NCBI GenBank assembly: GCA_963733095.1 | Contig: CAVTBV010000012.1 | Span: 288,001 to 352,000 of the forward strand | DNA length: 64,000 nt | Direction: 5' to 3' | Source: Candidatus Bathyarchaeota archaeon | Lineage (GTDB): Archaea; Thermoproteota; Bathyarchaeia; Bathyarchaeales; Bathycorpusculaceae | In this document: in pieces, positions 48,862-57,130 of the stretch | Position numbering within the stretch: position 1 is the stretch's first letter | Layout: every line of letters starts with the position of its first letter | Program-made: the position numbers and the translations under genes | Notes under the pieces: generated by a model | The model's database searches: none | What the model saw: only the letters and a program-made list of their open reading frames with translations | What the model was told of the DNA's origin: nothing

Positions 48862-50310
48862 ATGCGTGTTTGCCTCATCAACCCACCCAGAATTCAGCCC
48901 AAAGCCTGGGGAAAACCCAACGTTTTCCCACCCATCGTCCTAGCATCCGTTGCCGCTGTATTGGAGAAAAAGCACACTGTAAGCATTATTGATGCGCCAA
49001 CAGAGGGCTGGCGTAACCTTGCGGAGCTGGATGAATCCAAGTACCGCGTGGGCTTGAGCTCTGAAACCATCGCTGAACGTGTTAAGAAGTGGAGTCCTGA
49101 GGCGGTTGTGGTTGAGATTCCATTTTCGGGTTGGTCAAGAACCGCTTTTGACGTAGTCCGCGCAGTAAAAGCCGTTGATAGCAAAATTTCTGTTGTACTG
49201 ATGGGTCAGCATCCCACGGCTCGACCCAAAGCGTGCCTCTCAGAATCCGGGGTGGATTTTGTGGTTGTCGGGGAACCAGAAAGCACAGTTTCCGAACTCG
49301 TCGACACTCTTGCACGGGGAAAACAGGATTTCAGGAATGTAGATGGTTTAGGCTTCAATGAAAACGGGAAAGCCATACTTACGGGGAAACGCGCTTTCAT
49401 TGAGGATTTAGATTCATTGCCCTTTCCAGCAAGACACCTTCTGCCTATGAACGTTTACAACGAAGCGGTCAAGGAGAACCCGCTGCGGGGCGAAATAAGC
49501 AAGCCCTGGACCATCGTTACCACCACCCGAGGCTGTCCCTACAGTTGCGTCTTCTGCTCGGTCTGTATCCTTTGGGGCAGAACATGGCGGGCGAGGAGCC
49601 CAAAAAACGTAGTCGACGAACTCGAACATGTCGTCAAGACCTACGGCGTGAAGCAGGTTGATTTCTACGACGAAAACATGACCCTGGATAAGAAGCGGAT
49701 GGCGGAGATTTGTGACTTAATCGTTGAGCGCCGCTTGCGAATCGAGTGGTTTACGCCTAACGGTGTCCGTGCAGATACGCTTGATGAGGAGTTGTTGCGG
49801 AAGATGAAGCAGGCTGGCTGCAAAAAAATTCGTGTCGCCCCGGAATCCGGCGTGCAACGCATCGTCAATGATGTTATTGGCAAGAACTTGGATTTGAAGA
49901 AGGTGGAGCAGGCGGTGGTTTTATGCAAAAAAGTCGGCATTAAGGTGGGTTGCTTTTTTGTGTTGGGCATGATTGGGGAAACCAAAGCAGACATCGAAGA
50001 AACGATAAAGTTCGCATACAAACTTCGCAGTCTCGGCGCTGACAGTCTAATCTTTAGCATTGCCATGCCGCTGTATGGAACAGCCCTCTACGAGCAGGCT
50101 AAAGAAGGTGGGTATTTGCGGGAAGGCTTCTGCGATTACGCTCTGGCTGCAACGGAGCCTCTCATTGAAACCCCTGAGTTCACAGCCCAAGACCTGCAGG
50201 AACTTTGCATTAGGGCGAACATGGCAAACCCAACGTTTACCAGAGCCAAAATTTTGAGGGCGGCGAAGAATCCGAGGAAAACATTAAAGATTTTACGGAA
50301 AATGCTCTAA
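48862..50310 (+). CDS. Cobalamin-binding radical SAM protein #3
   Basis: LINPP, GQHPT, GEPE, RGCPYSCVFC, TPNGVRAD and APESG. Confidence 0.9.
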   Translation: MRVCLINPPRIQPKAWGKPNVFPPIVLASVAAVLEKKHTVSIIDAPTEGWRNLAELDESKYRVGLSSETIAERVKKWSPEAVVVEIPFSGWSRTAFDVVRAVKAVDSKISVVLMGQHPTARPKACLSESGVDFVVVGEPESTVSELVDTLARGKQDFRNVDGLGFNENGKAILTGKRAFIEDLDSLPFPARHLLPMNVYNEAVKENPLRGEISKPWTIVTTTRGCPYSCVFCSVCILWGRTWRARSPKNVVDELEHVVKTYGVKQVDFYDENMTLDKKRMAEICDLIVERRLRIEWFTPNGVRADTLDEELLRKMKQAGCKKIRVAPESGVQRIVNDVIGKNLDLKKVEQAVVLCKKVGIKVGCFFVLGMIGETKADIEETIKFAYKLRSLGADSLIFSIAMPLYGTALYEQAKEGGYLREGFCDYALAATEPLIETPEFTAQDLQELCIRANMANPTFTRAKILRAAKNPRKTLKILRKML

Positions 50311-50368
50311 ACCCAAATCTTGCCGTTCGCGCAAGTTTTATAATAACCGTTCGGGTTCCTATTAAGGT

Positions 50369-50629
50369 ATGAATTCTGTTTTTGTCAGGTTAATACTTGT
50401 TGTGAAGGTTTTCGCTCAGCTGCTATTTCTATTTGGTTTGCTAGCTTGGCTTGACGGCGCAATTATACAGGTAACCCATCCTGATTGGTTGCCTTTGCAA
50501 CTTTCACATCTAACGCCTTGGATTAGAACCGACACCTTCACCATCCTAATGTTTATGGTAAGCGCGGTGGGGTTCTTTGTTTGGAGAGTAATAGTTGAAG
50601 TTATGAAGGCGAACCAAAAAAAGGATTAA
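50369..50629 (+). CDS. Small two-TM membrane protein
   Basis: 86 aa with two hydrophobic helices; TTTTATAA about 30 nt upstream. Confidence 0.65.
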   Translation: MNSVFVRLILVVKVFAQLLFLFGLLAWLDGAIIQVTHPDWLPLQLSHLTPWIRTDTFTILMFMVSAVGFFVWRVIVEVMKANQKKD

Positions 50630-50736
50630 TTAATTTTTTAATGTCCAGATAAGCGCATATTCTTGTGTAATGTCCAGTCGTCTATGCATTGGCGATTTGT
50701 GGGAGGACTGAGGTGTATGGTTTGGGTTTTGTTTGA

Positions 50737-50779
50737 TTGTTGTTGCAACTGTTGTTGTGGAATTGGGTTGCAGCAACAA
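50737..50779. repeat. Inverted repeat (13-bp arms, 17-nt spacer)
   Basis: TTGTTGTTGCAAC / GTTGCAGCAACAA, one mismatch that is G-U compatible. Confidence 0.65.
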
Positions 50780-50936
50780 CAACTTCTACGGCTTTGCCAT
50801 TGATCTAACCCTCGACGGTGTTTGAGCGATTAGAAGCGAGTGAGTCATTTCCGAGTCTTGAAGGAGAGAGTTTCGTGTTTTAGAAAGAATGGTTGGAGAT
50901 CGATCGTGGGGCAATTGAGATTTCGCAACCATGCGT

Positions 50937-52481
50937 TCAAAACATCTTTATTTTGCCGTCAATGATTGTCATTTCAACTTTTATATCCTTAATTTTTCCT
51001 GGCTCGTTCGTATTTGGGTCAGCGGACAGAACAGTTAAGTCAGCTAGTTTACCCTCTTCAATCGCCCCCTTAACATCTTCCTCACAGGAGCAAAATGCGG
51101 CATCCAGTGTGTACATCCTCAAGGCTTCCTCGACGGTTAGCTGCTGCTCAGGAAAGCTCTTTCGGGTAATTGCGTCTTGGATACCAAGCAAAGGATTTAG
51201 GGGTTCCATGGGGCAGTCGGAGCCGCCAGCAACCTTTATGCCCGCGTTTAGCAGGGTTTTGATGGGATGCAGCCAACTCGCCCGTTCAGCTCCCAGATGC
51301 TTCAGGGCTGACCACACCTCAAACTCTGTAGGAACCATCCTGGGCTGAACCGAAACGACCACATCCTGCGCTTTGAGACGGCTGACTAGGTGCCTGTTTA
51401 GAACCGCGGCTTGCTCGATGCGGAACCTGACTTTTTTGGGTGATTGTTCGATTGCTGTGAGTGTCGCGTCTATTGCTTTGTCGCCCATGGCATGTATGAC
51501 AGGCTGAAGACCCAACTCCAGAACCTGCGATACCAAAACCGCCAACTCTTTCTCGGTGCAGTTCATTTTGCCCTGGTTGTCTGGGTCGTCACTGTAGGGC
51601 TGCATGAGCGCTGCTGTTTTTGAGTCGAGGTATCCGTCGACAAAGATTATGGCGCCGCCCAACCGCATCCTCAAATTGTCAGATGACCTAAAGTTGCCTG
51701 CAGCTTTTAGGAACTCGCAGGGAACAATCACGTTAACTCTGATCGGAAATTTCCCCTGCTCATGCAGTGCTTGAATTAATGGGAGTTCTTGCTCGGAGAG
51801 GATTATCCAGTCCACACTGGTTATGCCTGCCTCCAAGATTTTTTGGCAAGCCACCGCTGCCGCATCCGTTAGCTCCTCCAGAGTCGGTTCTGCAACTGCC
51901 TGCCAAATCAGGTTGGTAGCGCTGTCCCGAAAAATCCCTGTGAGTTCGCCTGCGGCGGTTTTGTCTATAGTGCCGCCGTTGGGAGTGGAGGTTTGGATGG
52001 TTACTTGGGCTATGGATAGTGCTTTGCTATTTGCCGCACAGATGAATGCGGCTCCATGGTACAGGATTACTGGGTTGTCTGGTGCAGCTGCGTCGAGGTC
52101 GCCAAGAGTTAGGAGGCGTTTTTCTTTGAGATGGTTTTCGTTCCAGCCGCGTCCGACAATCCATTTGCCCGAAGATGTTTGCTTTGCTTTCTCTTTCAGG
52201 AGGCTCTGCAGCTCCGCGATTGATTGGGCAGAGGAGAGGTCAAGCCACATCAGGCATCTACCAAAGTCTGCCACATGAATGTGAGTGTCGATTAAGCCGG
52301 GAACCATTGTTTTTCCTTTGAGGCTGATGACTTTGGTTTCTTTTCCGATTAACTGGTCTATTTCTTGGTTTGTGCCCACTTTGAGGATTCGGTTTTGTTT
52401 GATGGCGACTGCTTGGGCAAGGGGCTGACGCGGGTTCATGGTCTTAATGTTCGCATCGATGAATGCTGTGTCTGCTAGCAA
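50937..52481 (-). CDS. Amidohydrolase 3 family (YtcJ-like) metal-dependent hydrolase
   Basis: PGLIDTHIH, GRGW, DG...TAA...PY, IHAMGD, GSDCP and GKLAD. Confidence 0.88.
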   Translation of the reverse strand: MLADTAFIDANIKTMNPRQPLAQAVAIKQNRILKVGTNQEIDQLIGKETKVISLKGKTMVPGLIDTHIHVADFGRCLMWLDLSSAQSIAELQSLLKEKAKQTSSGKWIVGRGWNENHLKEKRLLTLGDLDAAAPDNPVILYHGAAFICAANSKALSIAQVTIQTSTPNGGTIDKTAAGELTGIFRDSATNLIWQAVAEPTLEELTDAAAVACQKILEAGITSVDWIILSEQELPLIQALHEQGKFPIRVNVIVPCEFLKAAGNFRSSDNLRMRLGGAIIFVDGYLDSKTAALMQPYSDDPDNQGKMNCTEKELAVLVSQVLELGLQPVIHAMGDKAIDATLTAIEQSPKKVRFRIEQAAVLNRHLVSRLKAQDVVVSVQPRMVPTEFEVWSALKHLGAERASWLHPIKTLLNAGIKVAGGSDCPMEPLNPLLGIQDAITRKSFPEQQLTVEEALRMYTLDAAFCSCEEDVKGAIEEGKLADLTVLSADPNTNEPGKIKDIKVEMTIIDGKIKMF

Positions 52482-52645
52482 GGCGCTACAAATCCAGGAG
52501 GTTTTAGTTACTTGTGGCTATTGGACGCTAAACATAAAACCCTTCCGTTTTCCAGCAGCACTTTAAGGGAGGCGTGGTTTTGGGGTTATCTGCAAAACAC
52601 ATAATAGTTTCCGCAGCCGTTTTTCATTTCAAGCTGGGGAAACAA

Positions 52646-54115
52646 GTGAAAGCTCACGTAGTCCTTGCAAATCCACCGTACCCAGATGATGTGCCGCAAG
52701 CCGTCTTTATTCCACTGGGCATCAGTTACTTGGCGGCGGTGCTTGAAGAGAAGGGGTACAGGGTGGATGTGGTCGATTGTCAGGTTAATCGGCCAAGCCA
52801 AGCGGAGATGGAGAACAAGTTCAGAAGCCTCAACCCCGACATAATCGGCGTCACCGCGGCAACCGTTACGTATTTTCCAGCCCTCAAGATTCTCAAAGCA
52901 GCCAAAGCTGCGCTTCCCAACTGCGTTACAATGATTGGCGGACCCCACGTCACAGTTCTGGATGAACGCACCTTCACCGACAGCCCAGACGTAGACATCG
53001 TCGTCCGCGGCGAAGGAGAGCAGACGATGCTGGAGCTCGCAAGCCTGGTGTCGGAGGGTAAACTGGATAACCTCAGCCAAGTTTTAGGTATAACTTTCAA
53101 GAAGAACGGCAAAGTCACTACCACAACCGACCGCCCCTTCATACAAGACATTGATTCCCTGCCTCGTCCAGCCCACCACCACTTCGACATGACTCGTTAT
53201 AGAATCAACGGCAAAAACTACATGCCCATCATAACCAGCCGAGGCTGCCCTTTTAACTGCGCATTCTGTCTAGCGTCGAAGATGTGCGGCAGCGGCTTTA
53301 GAGCGCGAAGCCCAAGCAAAGTGGTCGATGAACTCGAATGGCTAAAGGACACGTTTGGAGCTGAAGCATTTGCCTTCTACGACGACACATTCACCCATGA
53401 CATAAACAGGGCTATAGCAATCTGCGACGAGATGCAGAAGAGAGGGTTTTTGCTTCCATGGGATAGCCGAACAAGAGTAGACAGAATCTCAGAAGAGCTC
53501 TTGGCGAAGCTTAGAACCACAAACTGCCAGCTCATCCACTTCGGCGTTGAATCCGGCAGCCAACAACTCCTAAACATTATGCGCAAAGGCACCACCGTGG
53601 AGCAAAACGCCAAAGCCATAAAGATGGTCAAAGAGGCAGGTATCCTTGTAGCGATTTCGCTGGTTATCGGTTACCCAGGCGAAACACCCGAGATGCTCCA
53701 GCAAACTGTAGATTTTATCCGCAAAACCAAACCTGATTATGTTTACATGTGTGAAGCAGTTCCCTACCCAGGCACCGAACTAGCCGATTACGTTCGGAAA
53801 CTCGGGTTGCCAATGAGCGAAGACTGGAACCGTTACCACGAGCAGATGCAGGTCTTTGAGAACAAACTGTTGCCGCTGCCAAAGCTTGAGGCAACCAAAA
53901 AAGCCGTCTACGACAGCGTCTTCACCCCTACCTATTACCTCCGGATGCGGCGGCGGGGAGACTTCCACAGCCAAATCATGGCGCGCATGGCACTAAACCA
54001 CCTCGTCTGGAAATACCGCTTCACCAGATGGGCGTTTAGGCAGCTGGGTAAGTTTAGACACGTAAAGAAGAGCCCAGGTGGACATAGCACACCAAGCAAA
54101 GACCAGCAGAGCTGA
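52646..54115 (+). CDS. Cobalamin-binding radical SAM protein #4
   Basis: NPPYP, PLGISYLAA, GGPHVT, GEGE, RGCPFNCAFC and GVESG. GTG at 52646 preferred; the ORF track starts at 52574. Confidence 0.9.
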   Translation: MKAHVVLANPPYPDDVPQAVFIPLGISYLAAVLEEKGYRVDVVDCQVNRPSQAEMENKFRSLNPDIIGVTAATVTYFPALKILKAAKAALPNCVTMIGGPHVTVLDERTFTDSPDVDIVVRGEGEQTMLELASLVSEGKLDNLSQVLGITFKKNGKVTTTTDRPFIQDIDSLPRPAHHHFDMTRYRINGKNYMPIITSRGCPFNCAFCLASKMCGSGFRARSPSKVVDELEWLKDTFGAEAFAFYDDTFTHDINRAIAICDEMQKRGFLLPWDSRTRVDRISEELLAKLRTTNCQLIHFGVESGSQQLLNIMRKGTTVEQNAKAIKMVKEAGILVAISLVIGYPGETPEMLQQTVDFIRKTKPDYVYMCEAVPYPGTELADYVRKLGLPMSEDWNRYHEQMQVFENKLLPLPKLEATKKAVYDSVFTPTYYLRMRRRGDFHSQIMARMALNHLVWKYRFTRWAFRQLGKFRHVKKSPGGHSTPSKDQQS

Positions 54116-54197
54116 GTCAGATTGTATAACGCTTATATGCTGGCATGTTTATCCCTCATCAAACAGTTTCAGACGGGACTTTGGATGTTGATTTAGC

Positions 54198-54944
54198 ATG
54201 AAGGTTATTGTTCACTGGAGTGGAGGAAAAGACTGCTGCACCGCCCTGCACAAAGTAGTCGAGCAGGGACATGAAGTTGCTTCTCTCGTCACCTATATCT
54301 ACATGGAACCCTACGTTTTTCATAGCCTCAAAGTCATAGAACAACAAGTCAAAGCGCTGGGCATGCCTCACCAATTCGTCAAAATAACTGACAATCGCTA
54401 TGACGACATAATGGGAACCCTTGAACGGCTCCATAAAGAAGAAGGCGCAAAAGCAATCGTGACAGGCGACATTGACAACGTTCACCACCGACGCGTATGG
54501 AAAGACGCATGCAAAAAACTCGGCGTAGAACTCATGATGCCTCTTTGGGACCGCCCCCTCAACATAATTCCTGGCAATCGTCGCCGCAAACGAATCATGG
54601 AAATGGAACAGAACACAGGAGTAAAAGCGATTCTCAGCTGCATCGACCAAAGATACTTTACCCCAGAGTGGCTGGGACGCCAGATTGACCGCAAATGCAT
54701 CGAAGACATGCAGCCTCTTGTGGGTCCAGCGGGCAAAGGCATTGACGTGTCAGGCGAACCAGGAGAATACCACTCCACAACCCTCGACGCACCACTATAC
54801 AAGCAACGCGTCGAATTAACCAAATACACCAAAAAGAGCAAAGTCGTCGATTTCGGAGGCTCCCCATTCCGCGAAGGCGACTTCCTCTACATGGATATCG
54901 AAGAGGCAATTCTCAAACCCAAAGAAGAAAAATCATTTACCTAG
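54198..54944 (+). CDS. DUF71/Dph6-like ATP pyrophosphatase, copy 2
   Basis: HWSGGKDCC, TGDI, PLW, WLGR and SGEPGEYHS. Confidence 0.82.
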   Translation: MKVIVHWSGGKDCCTALHKVVEQGHEVASLVTYIYMEPYVFHSLKVIEQQVKALGMPHQFVKITDNRYDDIMGTLERLHKEEGAKAIVTGDIDNVHHRRVWKDACKKLGVELMMPLWDRPLNIIPGNRRRKRIMEMEQNTGVKAILSCIDQRYFTPEWLGRQIDRKCIEDMQPLVGPAGKGIDVSGEPGEYHSTTLDAPLYKQRVELTKYTKKSKVVDFGGSPFREGDFLYMDIEEAILKPKEEKSFT

Positions 54945-54994
54945 AAAAGCACAATATAGAATTCAAATCCAAATACCCTTTTTTGGACATTAAT

Positions 54995-55317
54995 GAGAAC
55001 AGGAACAGCATTTTCTGGAAAAAGTTTTGTTTTTCTTCTTTCAAAAAATGCCCACGTTAACCTTTGCGGGGATTGCTCAACAAGAGAAGAAGAAGCGCCC
55101 CTGAAGCAACCTTCTTCTTCGCTTCAATGTCTTCAAGGTTGAAAGAACAACAACACGCGAATTTTTTCAACTGTTGTTGTTCTCCCATCAAGTAAATGTC
55201 CCTATTAACTGGAAGAAGAAGAAATGCCGAATTTTTTCAATATTCTTCTTCTTTCAACTTCAATTCAAGCCAAAGAACAAGAGCAAAATTTTTCTAAACA
55301 AAAACCTGTTGTTGTCC
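54995..55317. repeat. Array of palindromic units with triplet (AAG/AAC) arms
   Basis: Perfect inverted repeats at 55086-55120, 55144-55183 and 55213-55253, plus two degenerate flanking units. The loop core CGAATTTTTTCAA is repeated. Confidence 0.75.
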
Positions 55318-55411
55318 CAAAGCATTCTGCCAATAAGTTGCAGCTAAAACAAGTTGGAGTTCTATAGCAATGTTGATAAGGCAACCCTACGCCTAAAACA
55401 TACAGCTGGAG

Positions 55412-55726
55412 TTGAACCAAACGTCCCAACAAAAACAAGTCGTCGGCAACTTAACCTTAAACATCGTTTGGCTCTGCGGAGGAAAAACCGCCGACATAAC
55501 TCCAGCACCCCAACTAAAGTTTAGCATGGATCAGGCTTGCGAGAAAATTAAGAAGCAGAAGATGAAGGTTCGGGTGAAGGCTCCGATGCTTCTGATTTTT
55601 GATTATATGAAGATGGAGGTAAGCCTCTTTGATGGGGGGCGTATGTTGATAAAGAATGTGACGAACAGCAAGCTGCCTATTGATGCGTTTGTAGAAGTTT
55701 GTAGAGCCATAGAAGTGCCGATATAA
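55412..55726 (+). CDS. Small hypothetical protein resembling the C-terminal domain of ThiF/MoeB-family proteins
   Basis: WLCGGKTADITP and EVSLFDGGRMLIKNV pattern; TTG start with GGAG upstream. Confidence 0.55.
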   Translation: MNQTSQQKQVVGNLTLNIVWLCGGKTADITPAPQLKFSMDQACEKIKKQKMKVRVKAPMLLIFDYMKMEVSLFDGGRMLIKNVTNSKLPIDAFVEVCRAIEVPI

Positions 55727-55739
55727 AAAATCGATTTTT

Positions 55740-57107
55740 CTAACGACGGAAAATTATTTTGGCACTTTTCTTAGCTGCACTTGCCAACCCTTCCTGCCTA
55801 ATAACACGAACCAACTTTGACGCCGACGACTTCTGAAAGCTCTTTTGGTATTCTCTTTGGATTTTGACGAGCATTTCATAGTCGAAGTCTTTGGTTTTAA
55901 CTCTTGCCAAGTAGTTGTCCATTTGGTCATAGAGATGCTCTTTTATTACTTCATCGTAGAGTTCGCTGCCTGGGCAAGCGATGTAGATGTTGAACATGCA
56001 AACGTCAGCTTCTAAGCGCTTTGCGTAGTTGAAGGTGGATTGCATATCCTCAACTGTTTCACCTGGGATACCTAGCATAAAGGAGGTGGCGGTTTTGATT
56101 CCGACTTGGCGGCACAAATCGAAGGTGCGTTCGACTTCTTGCAGGTCGATGTTTTTGCCGAGTTTCTGCTGAATCCGCGGCGACCCCGATTCGGTACCGA
56201 AAAAGATGGTTTGGCACCCCGCAGACTTCATTTCCATTAGCAGTTCTTTGTTGACTAGGTCTGCTCGGGTTTCGCAGGTCCATTTGATGTCGAGTTTATT
56301 TTCTTTGATTAGGCGACAGAGTTCGGAGGCGCGGTTTTTGTTTATGGTAAAGTTGTCGCCGACAAAGTAAATGCCCTTAGTGCCATAATTCTCCATCATG
56401 TGTTTGATTTCATCTATTACTCGTTGCGGGGAGAAGGCACGACAGGCGGTTCCCCAAAGCTCGCGGGTTTCGCAGTAGGCACATTGGTATGGGCAGCCTC
56501 GAAGGACGCTCATGGTGTCGACGGGTTTGACGTCTATGTAGGGGAGGACGCGGTCGTACATTTTCATGGGAAGCATGTGGCGTGCGGGGAAGGGAACAGT
56601 GTCTAAATCAGTGATAAATTCGGGGGCGGTTTGGGCTATTTCGCCGTTGATTTTCAAGGCTACTCCCGGAATCTTGGCTATAACGCTGTCGGTCTCGCCT
56701 TTGAGGATGCTTGCGGCAAGTTTGACAATCGCCGTTTCCCCCTCGCCAATAACCACATAATCAATCTCGTTATGCTGGAGCATGGTTTCAGGCATGTATG
56801 AAGGATGTGGACCGCCCACCACCACCTTGCATGTTGGACACGCTTCTTTGGTTGCCTTAGCAGTCTCGATGCATCGACTGTAAGTTAAGCTACTGCAGGT
56901 TATGCCGACAATTTTGGGTTGGCGCTTTTTAATTTCCGCTTTCACTTCTTCGATGGGGCGCTCAATGAGATAATTGTCGTAAATCTCAACTTGGTAACCG
57001 CTCTTCTCCAGAGCCGCTGCAACGTATGCTAAGCCCAGTGGGGGAAGCTTTCCCGCCATGCCCCAGGGCGATTTTTCTGGGGGAGCGGTGGTCAAAAGTA
57101 GAATCAA
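55740..57107 (-). CDS. Cobalamin-binding radical SAM protein #5
   Basis: TTAPPE, PPLGLAYVAA, GGPHPS, GEGE, RGCPYQCAYC and GTESG; close paralog of #1. Confidence 0.9.
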   Translation of the reverse strand: MILLLTTAPPEKSPWGMAGKLPPLGLAYVAAALEKSGYQVEIYDNYLIERPIEEVKAEIKKRQPKIVGITCSSLTYSRCIETAKATKEACPTCKVVVGGPHPSYMPETMLQHNEIDYVVIGEGETAIVKLAASILKGETDSVIAKIPGVALKINGEIAQTAPEFITDLDTVPFPARHMLPMKMYDRVLPYIDVKPVDTMSVLRGCPYQCAYCETRELWGTACRAFSPQRVIDEIKHMMENYGTKGIYFVGDNFTINKNRASELCRLIKENKLDIKWTCETRADLVNKELLMEMKSAGCQTIFFGTESGSPRIQQKLGKNIDLQEVERTFDLCRQVGIKTATSFMLGIPGETVEDMQSTFNYAKRLEADVCMFNIYIACPGSELYDEVIKEHLYDQMDNYLARVKTKDFDYEMLVKIQREYQKSFQKSSASKLVRVIRQEGLASAAKKSAKIIFRR

Positions 57108-57130
57108 TTTTGCTTCTCCTGATGGCGACT

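Noticed and set aside
54993-55142. 49-aa ORF MRTGTAFSGK...CGDC...QCLQG
   Set aside because: No SD, it overlaps the palindrome array, and its composition is explained by the repeats.
55084-55260. CRISPR array (GTTGAAAG resembles some repeat ends)
   Set aside because: No identical 25-40 bp direct repeats with unique spacers, and no cas genes in the window.
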